A DNA stretch of 64,000 nucleotides. It comes from an uncultured Gemmatimonadaceae bacterium (GTDB lineage Bacteria > Gemmatimonadota > Gemmatimonadetes > Gemmatimonadales > Gemmatimonadaceae). Positions 22,079 to 34,284 of the stretch are shown piece after piece (the first letter of the stretch is position 1; every line of letters begins with the position of its first letter). Below the pieces are notes generated by a model. That model was given only the letters and a program-made list of their open reading frames with translations, was not told where the DNA came from and ran no database searches. A program made the translations under genes and the position numbers. The stretch covers positions 512,001-576,000 of the forward strand of contig CAWHHI010000016.1 of NCBI GenBank assembly GCA_963829055.1. The letters are read 5' to 3'.

Positions 22079-22815
22079 TGCGCATCGACCTCACGGGGCG
22101 CGTGGCGCTCGTGACCGGCAGTACTCGGGGCATTGGCCGCGCGATTGCCGAGACGCTTGCCGGCTGCGGCGCGCGCGTTGCCATAGTGGGAAGGGACGCC
22201 GCCAGGGCTTCCGAGGTTGCCGCTCAGATCTCTCCGGAAGCGCGCGGGTTTGCATGCGACGTTGCCGATGTCGCGTCGGTGACTGCCCTGATCGCTGCAG
22301 TCGAGGGTGAGTTCGGCTCGCTCGACATCCTGGTGAACAACGCGGGCCTCACCCGTGACAACATCATGCTGCGGCTCAAGGACGAGGACTGGGATGCCGT
22401 GATCAACGCCAACTTGCGCGGAGCGTTCGCGACCATTCGCGCGGCGACCCGGGGCATGATGAAACGCCGTTGGGGACGGATCATCAACATCTCGAGCGTG
22501 GTCGGACTGGTGGGGAACAAGGGCCAGTCCAACTACGCTGCCAGTAAGGCGGGCTTGATCGGGCTCACGAAGTCAGTGGCCAAGGAGTTCGCCTCCCGGA
22601 ACATCCTGGCCAACGTCATTGCCCCCGGTTTCATCGAGACGGATATGACCGGCGCTATGACCGCGGAGGCCCGCGCGGCACTCACGGGAACGATCCCGTT
22701 GGAGCGGCTCGGATCACCGAGTGACATTGCCGGAATGGTAGCGTTTCTGGCGTCGGATCACGCCGCCTACATCACGGGTCAGGTACTCGTGATCGACGGG
22801 GGTATGGTGATGTAA
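22078..22815 (+). CDS. fabG: 3-oxoacyl-ACP reductase
   Basis: TGSTRGIG, NNAGLTRD, NYAASKAG. Confidence 0.96.
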   Translation: MRIDLTGRVALVTGSTRGIGRAIAETLAGCGARVAIVGRDAARASEVAAQISPEARGFACDVADVASVTALIAAVEGEFGSLDILVNNAGLTRDNIMLRLKDEDWDAVINANLRGAFATIRAATRGMMKRRWGRIINISSVVGLVGNKGQSNYAASKAGLIGLTKSVAKEFASRNILANVIAPGFIETDMTGAMTAEARAALTGTIPLERLGSPSDIAGMVAFLASDHAAYITGQVLVIDGGMVM

Positions 22816-22887
22816 CACTAGGCGTTGAAAACGGTTATTTTATCTTCCTTCAACATCCTTCCTATCCATCGCAAGAGGGAACTCGTC

Positions 22888-23127
22888 ATGGCGGACCACT
22901 CGGAGAAAGTGAAAGACATCATCGAGAAGGAACTCGGCGTCGAGCGTGAGAAGCTCACAAACGAAGCCAGCTTCATCGAGGATCTGGGTGCCGATAGCCT
23001 CGACATTGTCGAGTTGGTGATGGAGTTCGAGAAGGAGTTCAACATCGACATTCCCGACGAAGACGCTGAACGGCTTCGTACGGTTGGAGATGCGTTGGCC
23101 TATCTCAACGAAAAGGTCAAGGCGTGA
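22888..23127 (+). CDS. acpP: Acyl carrier protein
   Basis: [22 protein letters not shown] before ATG 22888. Confidence 0.97.
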   Translation: MADHSEKVKDIIEKELGVEREKLTNEASFIEDLGADSLDIVELVMEFEKEFNIDIPDEDAERLRTVGDALAYLNEKVKA

Positions 23128-24371
23128 CCAAGCGGCGGGTCGTCGTCACCGGGGTGGGTGCCATATCGCCTGTCGGAAACGACGTGGCGACGACCTGGCG
23201 TTCGTTGATCGACGGTCGCTCCGGCGCCGCACCGATCACGAAGTTCGATGCGAGCAATTTTCCGGTGCGCTTCGCGTGTGAGGTGAAGGGCTTCGATCCG
23301 CTCCAGTACATGGAGCGGAAGGAAGCGAAGCGCTCGGATGGCTACACGCAGTACGCAGTCGCCGCCGCCGTCCAGGCCATGCAGGACGCGGCGTTCAAGG
23401 ACGGCAACGGGTACGACCCGGACGCGACCGGCGTCATTCTCGGAAGCGGCATCGGAGGCTTGAAGAGCTTCGAGGAGCAGCACGACGTCTACCGCGAGCG
23501 CGGCCCGGGGAAGATCTCGCCCTTCTTCATCCCGATGTTCATCGCCGACATCGCGGCTGGCATCGTGTCCATGCGTTTCAACGCGAAGGGGCCGAACTAC
23601 GCTACCGTCTCGGCGTGTGCAACGAGCGCGCACGCGATCGGCGATGCGTTCCGCGCCATCGCATACGGCGATGCCGACGTCATGATCACCGGCGGGTCCG
23701 AAGCCACGGTCACGCCAATGGCGATCGGCGGTTTCGCGAACATGCAGGCGCTCTCGGAGCGCAACGACTCACCGGAGACCGCCTCGCGCCCGTTCGACGC
23801 GACGCGTGATGGCTTCGTGATGGGCGAGGGCGCGGCGGTGGTAATTCTCGAAGCGCTCGAGCACGCCGAGAAGCGCGGCGCGAAGATCTACGCCGAGATC
23901 GTCGGCTATGGCGCAACGGGCGATGCCTATCACATCACGCAGCCTGCGCCCGACGGTGAAGGTGCACAGCGCGCGATGCGCCGAGCGCTCAAGGATGCGG
24001 GGATCGCTGCGAGCGATGTCGGCTATGTGAACGCACACGGCACGTCCACGCCCGCGAACGACTTCAACGAGACGCGGGCCATCAAGGCCGTGTTCGGGGA
24101 TTGCGCCAAGACCATCAACGTCAGCTCGACCAAGTCGGCGACGGGCCACATGCTCGGCGCCGCGGGCGCGTTGGAGTTTGTCGTCAGCTCGTTGGTCGTC
24201 CGGGATGGTGTCATTCCGCCGACGATCAACTACATGAATGCCGACCCGGAGTGCGACCTGAACTACACGCCCAACGCGGCTGCGCACCGGAACGTCGAGT
24301 TCGCGCTCAGCAACAGCTTCGGCTTCGGTGGTCATAACGTGGCGCTCGCGGTGAAAAAGTTCAGGGAGTGA
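23124..24371 (+). CDS. fabF: Beta-ketoacyl-ACP synthase II
   Basis: [38 protein letters not shown]. Confidence 0.96.
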   Translation: MTKRRVVVTGVGAISPVGNDVATTWRSLIDGRSGAAPITKFDASNFPVRFACEVKGFDPLQYMERKEAKRSDGYTQYAVAAAVQAMQDAAFKDGNGYDPDATGVILGSGIGGLKSFEEQHDVYRERGPGKISPFFIPMFIADIAAGIVSMRFNAKGPNYATVSACATSAHAIGDAFRAIAYGDADVMITGGSEATVTPMAIGGFANMQALSERNDSPETASRPFDATRDGFVMGEGAAVVILEALEHAEKRGAKIYAEIVGYGATGDAYHITQPAPDGEGAQRAMRRALKDAGIAASDVGYVNAHGTSTPANDFNETRAIKAVFGDCAKTINVSSTKSATGHMLGAAGALEFVVSSLVVRDGVIPPTINYMNADPECDLNYTPNAAAHRNVEFALSNSFGFGGHNVALAVKKFRE

Positions 24372-24378
24372 TACCGAA

Positions 24379-25569
24379 GTGATCGTGCGCGCTCCGCTCG
24401 ACCTGCCGATGCACCGTCTGTCTGACGCGGCGCTTCGCCCGATCGCCGAAAAGCTCGGTGCTGGCGAGCGGTTGGATGATGCGGACGCCCTGACCCTGTT
24501 CGACTCGCCCGATCTGCTCGGTGTTGGAGCGCTCGCTGACGCAGTGAATCGCGCGAAGCACGGCAACCGCGTGACGTTCGCCGCGAACCAGCACATCAAT
24601 CCCACGAACGTGTGCGTGCTGCGGAAGACCTGTGTCTTCTGTGGCTACGCGCGTTTGCCCAAGGAAGACGGCGCGTATCGGTACACGCTGGAGCAGGTGC
24701 TCGCGGAAGCGGAACCAGCACGCAATGGACTGACGAAGGAGTTTCACATCGTCGGCGGGCTGGATATGAAGGCGGGCCTCGCGTACTACACGGCGATGTT
24801 CCGCGCGCTCAAGCGCGAGTTCCCGCACGTCCACATCAAGGCGCTCACGGCCGTCGAAATTGCGCACATCGCGCGCATCGAGAAGATGACGTGGGAGGCG
24901 GTGCTCATCGCGCTCAGGGAAGCCGGCCTCGATACGATGCCCGGCGGCGGCGCGGAGACGTTCAGTGCCGCCGTGCGAGAGCAGATCGCCGACAAGAAGC
25001 TCGGCGGCGCCGACTACATCGACGTGCATCGCACGGCGCATCGTCTCGGGATCCGCACGAATTGCACGATGCTGTACGGCCACGTCGAGACCCACGCCGA
25101 TCGCGTGGCACACCTGCGCATGCTTCGCGACCTGCAGGATGAGACCCGCGGATTTCTCGCGTACATCCCGCTCGCGTATCACCCGGACGACAACGAGCTC
25201 GGGATCGAGTTGAAGCGTCGCGGCGTGGCGAGCACAGGCTACGATGACCTGCGCAACCTTGCCGTGGGCAGACTGTTCCTCGACAACATCGATCACATCA
25301 AGACGCACTGGATCATGGTCACGCCGTTCCTGTCGCAGACGTCGCTGTCGTTCGGCGTCAACGACATGGAAGGAACGGTGGTCCGCGAAAAGATCTATCA
25401 CGCGGTCGGAGCGCATACGCCGCAGGCGATGACGCTGGAAGAGATCATTCGCCTGATCCGCGGCGCCAGGAAGATCCCCGCGGAGCGCGACTCGTTCTAC
25501 AACGTGCTGCGCACTTTCCCGGAGCAGGAACCGGCAACAGCGGTATCGGTGTCCGTCGAGGCAGCCTAA
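24379..25569 (+). CDS. mqnE: Aminofutalosine synthase (CofH/MqnE-type radical SAM)
   Basis: INPTNVC..CVFC, HIKALTAVEI, PGGGAETF, TMLYGHVET; adjacent to mqnA and mqnC. Confidence 0.85.
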   Translation: MIVRAPLDLPMHRLSDAALRPIAEKLGAGERLDDADALTLFDSPDLLGVGALADAVNRAKHGNRVTFAANQHINPTNVCVLRKTCVFCGYARLPKEDGAYRYTLEQVLAEAEPARNGLTKEFHIVGGLDMKAGLAYYTAMFRALKREFPHVHIKALTAVEIAHIARIEKMTWEAVLIALREAGLDTMPGGGAETFSAAVREQIADKKLGGADYIDVHRTAHRLGIRTNCTMLYGHVETHADRVAHLRMLRDLQDETRGFLAYIPLAYHPDDNELGIELKRRGVASTGYDDLRNLAVGRLFLDNIDHIKTHWIMVTPFLSQTSLSFGVNDMEGTVVREKIYHAVGAHTPQAMTLEEIIRLIRGARKIPAERDSFYNVLRTFPEQEPATAVSVSVEAA

Positions 25570-25570
25570 C

Positions 25571-26450
25571 GTGCGCGTCGGACGCATTCCGTACGTCAAC
25601 TGCTATCCGGTGTACGGCGCCATTGATCGTGGCGTGGTGACGCTGAAGGCCACGTTGGTGGATGGAGTGCCGAGTGCGCTGAATCGCCGCATGGCCGACG
25701 GGTCGCTCGACGTCAGCGTCGTCTCCGCGGTCGAGTACGCCCGCGACGCCCGGCGCTACCTCTTACTCCCGGATCTCGCGATCTCCTGCGACGGACCGGT
25801 CCGCAGCGTGATGCTCTTCTCGCGCCGGCCCGCGAGCGAGCTCGATGGCAAGCGGGTCATCGTGAGCCGGAGCTCGATGACGAGCGTCGCGCTCCTCGAG
25901 TTGTTGTTCGAGAACGTCTGGCACGCTCGCCCTGAATTCATCGCTGGAGACGCCGAGATGTCCGATATCGCGGCGTTCGATCGAGAGCAGCACGAAGCTC
26001 GGCTAGTCATAGGGGACGCGGCGCTGGTGCTTCGCGGCGAGTCGCGTCCGCGCATCGCCGAGACGTCGGTCGCTGATGCGTCGCGCGCGGGAACGATGCC
26101 CAGCTACCCGTTCTCGTACGACCTCGGCGAAACCTGGAAAGCGTGGACGGGGCTGCCCTTCGTGTTCGCCGTTTGGGTCGCGCAGCGGACGGCTCCGGTA
26201 GCGGAGGCGCTTGGCGTGCACGCGAGCCTGATCGAGTCCCGCAATTGGGGGCTGAAACATTTGCCGGCACTTGCCGCGCAGGCGTCGTCAGGCGACGGGT
26301 GTGTCCGAACCAGTGTGCCACGAATACCTGTCGGGACTGGATTACGGCCTCTCGTACGAGCACCTCGCTGGCCTGACGGAATTCTTCCGGCGCCTCGTGG
26401 CAGCCGGCGTCGTGCCTAACGGGACCCTCGCGTTTCTGCCCGCCGCGTAG
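25571..26450 (+). CDS. mqnA: Chorismate dehydratase MqnA (frameshift near 26290)
   Basis: RVGRIPYVNCYP, GPVRSVMLFS, LVIGDAAL, DLGETWKAWTGLPFVFAVW; C-terminus (EYLSGLDYGL..FLPAA*) lies in another frame ending TAG 26448-26450. Confidence 0.87.
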
Positions 26451-26463
26451 CACTGCAGGCAAT

Positions 26464-26498
26464 CAGCTTCCAGTCCCCAGTCCCGTGTCCCCAGTCCG
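26464..26498 (+). repeat. Heptamer tandem repeat, CAGTCCC-like x5
   Basis: CAGCTTC CAGTCCC CAGTCCC GTGTCCC CAGTCCG directly before the mqnC ATG. Confidence 0.75.
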
Positions 26499-27533
26499 AT
26501 GAATGATCTGCTCGAGTTCTACACCAACGCTCCGCTGCTCGAGCTCGGTGCCGAGGCGAACCGCATGCGCCTGGAGCGCCACCCCGAGGGGATCGTCACC
26601 TTCATCGTCGATCGCAACATCAACTACACGAACGTCTGTGTAGCCGACTGCGGATTCTGCGCCTTCTACCGGCGGCCGAAGCACGGCGAGGGGTACACGC
26701 TGTCGTTCGAGCAGATCGGTCACAAGATCGACGAGACGAAGGCGTTAGGCGGCGTGCAGATCCTCATCCAGGGTGGGCACAATCCGTACATCCCGTTCGA
26801 GTGGTACCTGGACCTGCTGCGCTACATCAAGACGTATCATCCGATTCACATCCACGGATTCAGCCCGAGCGAGGTCGACTTCTTCGCCAAGGTGTTCCGC
26901 ATGGATGCGCGCGACGTGATCCGCGAGTTGCGCAAGGCTGGACTGGATTCGATTCCTGGTGGCGGCGGCGAGATCCTCGTCCAGCGCGTCCGCGATATCG
27001 TCGCGCCGAAGAAAGCCGGCGCCGACCGGTGGCTCGAGATCATGGAGCTCGCGCATAACGAGGGAATGAAGACGTCGGTGACGATGATGTACGGCATCGG
27101 CGAAACGCTCGCCGAGCGGATCGAACACCTCGAGCGCGTGCGTGATCTTCAGGCGCGCACCGGCGGCTTCACCGCGTTCATCTGCTGGCCGCTCCAGCCG
27201 GAGAACACGCCGTCGATGTCGCACATGCAGCGCACCGACGCCGTGGACTACCTGCGCACGGTGGCCATGGCGCGCATCGTCCTGGAGAACGTGCCGAACC
27301 TGCAGTCGAGCTGGGTCACGATGGGCATGAAGGTCGGCCAGCTCGCGCTCACGTTCGGCTGCAACGACTTCGGATCGCTGATGATCGAGGAGAACGTCGT
27401 CTCGGCCGCGAACACGACACACCGAACGACGATCGAGGAGCTCGAGCATCTCATCATCGACGCCGGCTTCCAGCCGCGTCGGCGACGCCAGGACTACTCG
27501 ATCCTCGAGACGCCCGCGGGAGTAGCCGCCTGA
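26499..27533 (+). CDS. mqnC: Cyclic dehypoxanthinyl futalosine synthase
   Basis: DRNINYTNVCVADCGFCAF, PGGGGEIL, NDFGSLMIEENVVSAA. Confidence 0.9.
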   Translation: MNDLLEFYTNAPLLELGAEANRMRLERHPEGIVTFIVDRNINYTNVCVADCGFCAFYRRPKHGEGYTLSFEQIGHKIDETKALGGVQILIQGGHNPYIPFEWYLDLLRYIKTYHPIHIHGFSPSEVDFFAKVFRMDARDVIRELRKAGLDSIPGGGGEILVQRVRDIVAPKKAGADRWLEIMELAHNEGMKTSVTMMYGIGETLAERIEHLERVRDLQARTGGFTAFICWPLQPENTPSMSHMQRTDAVDYLRTVAMARIVLENVPNLQSSWVTMGMKVGQLALTFGCNDFGSLMIEENVVSAANTTHRTTIEELEHLIIDAGFQPRRRRQDYSILETPAGVAA

Positions 27534-28102
27534 TGGCGGCGGGAACCGGGAACCGGGAACAGGGAACCGAGGCTCGCACTGACGCGGCGATTCCTGATTC
27601 CCGATTCCCGATTCCCAACATTCGGGTGGGCATTGGCTACGACTCCCACCAATTCAAACCCGGTGGTCCGATGATGCTCGGCGGTTGCTCGATTCCGAGC
27701 GACGTCACGCTCGCTGGCCATTCCGATGGGGACGCCGTTGCGCACGCGCTGACCGACGCGATCCTCGGGGCCGCGTGTGCTGGCGACATTGGCGAGATGT
27801 TTTCCGACACCGACGAACGCAATAGGGGCCGAGACTCGATCGAGATGCTTCGACTCGCCGTTGGACGCGTGCACGAGCTCGGGTGGGTCGTGCATAACGC
27901 GGATATTACCGTGATCACCGAGCGTCCGAAGATCGGCCCGCATCGCGATGCGATGCGGACTGCCCTCGCCGCGGCGATCGGCGTCGACGTCGGCTGCGTC
28001 AGCGTGAAGGGGAAGACGAACGAGGGCATGGGGTGGATCGGTCGCGTGGAAGGCCTCGCGTGCATGGCAGTGGCTTCCTTGACACCGTCCCGTCGAGACT
28101 AG
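27533..28102 (+). CDS. ispF: 2-C-methyl-D-erythritol 2,4-cyclodiphosphate synthase with repeat-derived N-terminal extension
   Basis: RVGIGYDSH, GHSDGDAVAHALTDAILGA, SVKGKTNEGMG. Confidence 0.94.
   Translation: MAAGTGNREQGTEARTDAAIPDSRFPIPNIRVGIGYDSHQFKPGGPMMLGGCSIPSDVTLAGHSDGDAVAHALTDAILGAACAGDIGEMFSDTDERNRGRDSIEMLRLAVGRVHELGWVVHNADITVITERPKIGPHRDAMRTALAAAIGVDVGCVSVKGKTNEGMGWIGRVEGLACMAVASLTPSRRD
27541..27616 (+). repeat. Heptamer inverted-repeat element, copy 1
   Basis: GGGAACC GGGAACC GGGAACA GGGAACC - 20 nt - GATTCCT GATTCCC GATTCCC GATTCCC. Confidence 0.9.
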
Positions 28103-28114
28103 GTCGGGACCACG

Positions 28115-28720
28115 ATGGAAGGTGTTCTCTCCTGGCTGGGCGGGCTGCCACCAGCGGCGCTGTACGTCATCCTCGCATTGGTCGCCGCCACCGAGAATTT
28201 CATTCCGCCCATCCCCGCCGACGTGATCGTCGCGTTCGGGAGCTTCCTCGCTGCTCGCGAACATCGCTCGCCGATTCCGACGATCGTCGCGGTGGTGATC
28301 GGAAACGTCGGCGGCGCACTGGGCATGTTCGCTCTCGGGCGTCGCTTTGGCGCAGAGTGGATTCGGCGTCGCCTCCGCGTTATGGGCGAGGGTGGGGAGG
28401 CCCGGGTTCGGAACGCTTACGATCGCTTTGGATTGCCGGCGCTCTTCCTCAGTCGCTTCCTGCCGGGCGTGCGCGCCGTAGTACCTCCGCTCGCTGGGGC
28501 GATCAAGGTGCCCGCGACCGGCGCTATCGCGGCGATCGCCACGGCTTCGACCATCTGGTACGCGACGCTCGCGATCCTCGCGTATCGGCTCGGCTCCGAG
28601 TGGAGCAGGATCACCGGCGCCATCAAGCGCTTTGAGACGACGGCAGGCATCGTTGCTGGCGCGATCGTGCTCGTCGGATTGCTCGTGTGGTGGGTGATGC
28701 GCCGACGCCGAGCAACGTGA
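28115..28720 (+). CDS. DedA family membrane protein
   Basis: ENFIPPIPADV, FLSRFLPGVR. Confidence 0.9.
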   Translation: MEGVLSWLGGLPPAALYVILALVAATENFIPPIPADVIVAFGSFLAAREHRSPIPTIVAVVIGNVGGALGMFALGRRFGAEWIRRRLRVMGEGGEARVRNAYDRFGLPALFLSRFLPGVRAVVPPLAGAIKVPATGAIAAIATASTIWYATLAILAYRLGSEWSRITGAIKRFETTAGIVAGAIVLVGLLVWWVMRRRRAT

Positions 28721-29637
28721 GCGCGCCAGGCCCTGCGTCGCAGGCCGTCCGTCGTTTCCTGCTCGAGCCGTTCAACGACTTCTTGCTGCTCGAGCAAGGC
28801 GCGTCGCCGCGAACCAACGAGGCCTACGGTCGAGATCTCGAGCGCTTCGCGACGTATGTCATTGGGCGCGGCGCGCCGACGCCCGGTGAGGTATCATCGC
28901 GATTGCTTCGCGAGTACCTCTATCACCTGAAGGACCTCGGGCTCGCGCCCGCGTCGATCCGACGCAACGTGTCGTCGCTGCGGACGTACTTCAAGTTCCT
29001 CCTCGGCGAGGGCCACGTGGCTCGCGATCCGAGTGAGCGGCTCGAGTCGCCGAAGCGATGGAGAGCGCTGCCCGAAGTGCTGAGCGTCGCGGAGATCGAT
29101 CGGCTGCTCGCGTCACCGACGCTGGATGATCCGCTGGTGTTCCGCGACCGCGCGATGCTGGAGCTGGCATACGGCGCTGGCCTGCGTGTCTCCGAATGGA
29201 TCTCCATCGGCACCCGAGACCTCATGTTCGACGAGGGGCTCGTCCGCGTATTCGGCAAGGGCAGCAAGGAGCGCCTCGTTCCCATAGGGCGGAGGGCGAT
29301 CGGCGCACTAGCGACGTACATCCGTGAACTGCGTCCGCGACTCGAGCAGGGTGACGGCCGCGGCGTCCTGTTCCTCAACGCGCGTGGCGAGCCGCTCACA
29401 CGCATGGGGGCGTGGAAGATCCTCCAGAAGTACGTCACGCGCGCAGGGATCGAGAAGCACGTCTCGCCACACACGCTTCGCCACTCCTTCGCGACGCATT
29501 TGCTCGAGGGTGGTGCGGATCTGCGTGCGGTCCAGGAAATGCTTGGGCATGCTGACATCTCGACCACGCAGATCTACACGCACGTGGACCGCGAGTATCT
29601 TCGAAGCGTTCACCGGAAGTATCACCCGCGCGGCTGA
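28717..29637 (+). CDS. xerD: Site-specific tyrosine recombinase XerD
   Basis: RDRAMLELAYGAGLRVSE, GKGSKERLVP, SPHTLRHSFATHLLEGGADLRAVQEMLGHADISTTQIYTH, C-terminal YHPRG. Confidence 0.9.
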   Translation: MSAPGPASQAVRRFLLEPFNDFLLLEQGASPRTNEAYGRDLERFATYVIGRGAPTPGEVSSRLLREYLYHLKDLGLAPASIRRNVSSLRTYFKFLLGEGHVARDPSERLESPKRWRALPEVLSVAEIDRLLASPTLDDPLVFRDRAMLELAYGAGLRVSEWISIGTRDLMFDEGLVRVFGKGSKERLVPIGRRAIGALATYIRELRPRLEQGDGRGVLFLNARGEPLTRMGAWKILQKYVTRAGIEKHVSPHTLRHSFATHLLEGGADLRAVQEMLGHADISTTQIYTHVDREYLRSVHRKYHPRG

Positions 29638-29647
29638 TTTCTCGTCC

Positions 29648-30223
29648 ATGCTCCTCGTCATAGACAACTACGACTCGTTCACCTACAACCTCGTGCAGTA
29701 TCTCGGCGAGCTTGGGGCGGACGTCGTCGTGCGTCGCAACGATGCGGTGACCGTGGATGAAGTCGGCGCGCTCCGACCCAGCGCGATCGTGGTCTCACCG
29801 GGACCGTGCGCGCCGAGTCAGGCGGGGATAACGGTACCGGTCATCCGACAGTGGGGGAGTTCCATCCCCACGCTCGGCGTGTGCCTCGGGCATCAGGCCA
29901 TCGGCGAAGCGTACGGCGGGCGCGTCGTCCGCGCCCGTCACGTTATGCACGGAAAGGCCTCGACGGTGCGGCACGACGGCACGGGCTTGTTCGACGGCCT
30001 ACCGACTCCGCTGTCCGTCATGCGCTATCACTCGCTGATCGTAGAACGTGAGTCGTTCCCGTCGGAGCTCGAGGTTCTCGCTGTGTCGACCGAAGATCCG
30101 ACCGAGATTCATGCGTTGCGCCATCGCACGCATCCGGTCTGGGGAGTACAGTTTCATCCGGAGTCCATCCTAACGACGGGCGGGAAGACGATCCTCAGGA
30201 ACTTCCTGTCGCTCGCCGGATGA
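29648..30223 (+). CDS. Anthranilate/aminodeoxychorismate synthase component II (glutamine amidotransferase)
   Basis: IDNYDSFTYNL, SPGP, GVCLGHQ, RYHSL, QFHPES; trpG and pabA cannot be distinguished. Confidence 0.92.
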   Translation: MLLVIDNYDSFTYNLVQYLGELGADVVVRRNDAVTVDEVGALRPSAIVVSPGPCAPSQAGITVPVIRQWGSSIPTLGVCLGHQAIGEAYGGRVVRARHVMHGKASTVRHDGTGLFDGLPTPLSVMRYHSLIVERESFPSELEVLAVSTEDPTEIHALRHRTHPVWGVQFHPESILTTGGKTILRNFLSLAG

Positions 30224-31728
30224 GGCGTGGCAGCTGGCTCGCGGCACTGATCGCGGTCGGTGTCGCCACGCGAGCCGCTGCGCAACACGCTGGTCAGAGC
30301 ACCATTCAGATCGAGGCTCCCGCGCGAGCGGAGCCCGCGCGAATACTCCGCGCTGCGATCGCCGGACCGCACGACATCATCCTCACGGACTCCACCCGGC
30401 GTCTGATGCTGCCGCGAGGCACCACGCTCCCGCGGACGAGTATCGTCATCGGCGGCAACGTGTCAGTGGGGGCGGGCGTACGCGGTGACATCATCGTCGT
30501 CGGGGGTGACCTCTTCCTCTCACCCGGTGCAGCGATCGACGGCCGCGCCATTGCCATAGGCGGCGCGGTCTACGGGTCTACACTGGCCGTCGTCGCTGGA
30601 GGCACACAGAGCTTCCGAGATGCAACATTCGACGCGACCACGACAGCAGCTGGACTACGACTCGACTACCGCGATACCGAGGAGCCGCCGGCAGCATTCG
30701 AGTTGCCACTCGTGGCAGGGTTGCGCATGCCGTCGTACGACCGTGTACAGGGCGCGAGCATACCGTGGGGGCCGATACTTCGCCCAACGGCGCGTGTGGA
30801 GCTCGACCCCACGGTCACGTACCGATCGCACATTGGGGAGTGGGATCCTGGCATCGCGGTCGTCGTTCGGGCCGGAGACGTGTGGAGCCTAACGCTGGAC
30901 GCTCGGCGCGGCACGTTTACGAACGACGCGTGGATCCAGACGAATCTCGTCAACAGCTTCAACACGTTGGTCGCCGGCGTCGACTCCCGAAACTACTTCC
31001 GCGCGGATCGCGGCGAAGTCGCGATCCGCCGCACCGATCGTACTGCGACGCTCGAGCTCGAAACCGCATTCGGCGTCTCCACCGAGCAAGCGTCGTCTGT
31101 CGGGTCACCGGACACGCTCGGCGGTCGACCATGGAGCCTCGTCGGCCGAGGTGACGCCGATAACCTTCGCCGCCCGAATCCACCGGTGCAGCGAGGTCGC
31201 ATCCATTCGGCCTTCGTGGGCTCGAATGCGGAATGGATGGTCGGCGATGTCCGAATGAAGGGATGGTATCGGATCGAGTTGCCGTGGGAGACGCCTGGTG
31301 ACGTTAGGTTCGTTCAGGTTACCGCCGACGGCACCATTCAGTTCCCGACGTTCGGGCTTCAGCGCTTCCGGGCTGATGTGCACGTCGTTGCGACACCAGG
31401 CGACACCACGCCTCCGCAGCGGTTCGCGTACCTCGGCGGCTGGGGCACCCTTCCGGCCACCGGTGGCCTCCTGTCGCTCGGTGGAGATCAGCTCCTTTAC
31501 GTCGACAGCCGGTACGAAATTCCGCTGCAGCGTATCAAGATCCCGTTCGTCGGATCGCCCATGTTCAGCCTGAGACACCGCGCCGGATCCGCCGGCGTCC
31601 AGCACCTGCCTCGGCTGACTCAGAACGTGGGAGCGCTGCTCACGTTGAGCCTCGTCCGAGTCGAGTACGCGGTAGACCCCGCGACTCGGAAGCAGTCGCT
31701 CGGCGTCGGACTTTCGATCGCCCGGTAG
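30220..31728 (+). CDS. Exported hypothetical protein, probable outer-membrane beta-barrel
   Basis: Signal-peptide-like N-terminus (ATRAAAQ), Gly-rich repeat segment, amphipathic beta-strand pattern in the C-half. Confidence 0.6.
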   Translation: MRRGSWLAALIAVGVATRAAAQHAGQSTIQIEAPARAEPARILRAAIAGPHDIILTDSTRRLMLPRGTTLPRTSIVIGGNVSVGAGVRGDIIVVGGDLFLSPGAAIDGRAIAIGGAVYGSTLAVVAGGTQSFRDATFDATTTAAGLRLDYRDTEEPPAAFELPLVAGLRMPSYDRVQGASIPWGPILRPTARVELDPTVTYRSHIGEWDPGIAVVVRAGDVWSLTLDARRGTFTNDAWIQTNLVNSFNTLVAGVDSRNYFRADRGEVAIRRTDRTATLELETAFGVSTEQASSVGSPDTLGGRPWSLVGRGDADNLRRPNPPVQRGRIHSAFVGSNAEWMVGDVRMKGWYRIELPWETPGDVRFVQVTADGTIQFPTFGLQRFRADVHVVATPGDTTPPQRFAYLGGWGTLPATGGLLSLGGDQLLYVDSRYEIPLQRIKIPFVGSPMFSLRHRAGSAGVQHLPRLTQNVGALLTLSLVRVEYAVDPATRKQSLGVGLSIAR

Positions 31729-31779
31729 GTCCCGACGAGCGGATGTTCGATGACCCGCCGAAAATCTGACCGCGCGGGT

Positions 31780-31807
31780 TTGCAATCGATGGGGAGGGGT
31801 GTAACTT
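31780..31807 (+). promoter_or_regulatory. Putative sigma70 promoter upstream of kdsB
   Basis: TTGCAA-16 bp-TAACTT in the intergenic gap. Confidence 0.4.
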
Positions 31808-31852
31808 GAGTGGCGTGCAATTTGCTGCCTCGCGCGCCCCTCAGAGCCCGAC

Positions 31853-34283
<2,431 letters not shown>

Positions 34284-34284
34284 C

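Noticed and set aside
22816..22887. AT-rich patch before acpP as a special element
   Set aside because: Most likely an ordinary internal promoter and RBS for acpP; no clean -35/-10 spacing could be assigned.
28717..29637. Tyrosine recombinase as a phage or island integrase
   Set aside because: It has XerD signature motifs and size, is coupled to housekeeping genes, and has no att sites or cargo.
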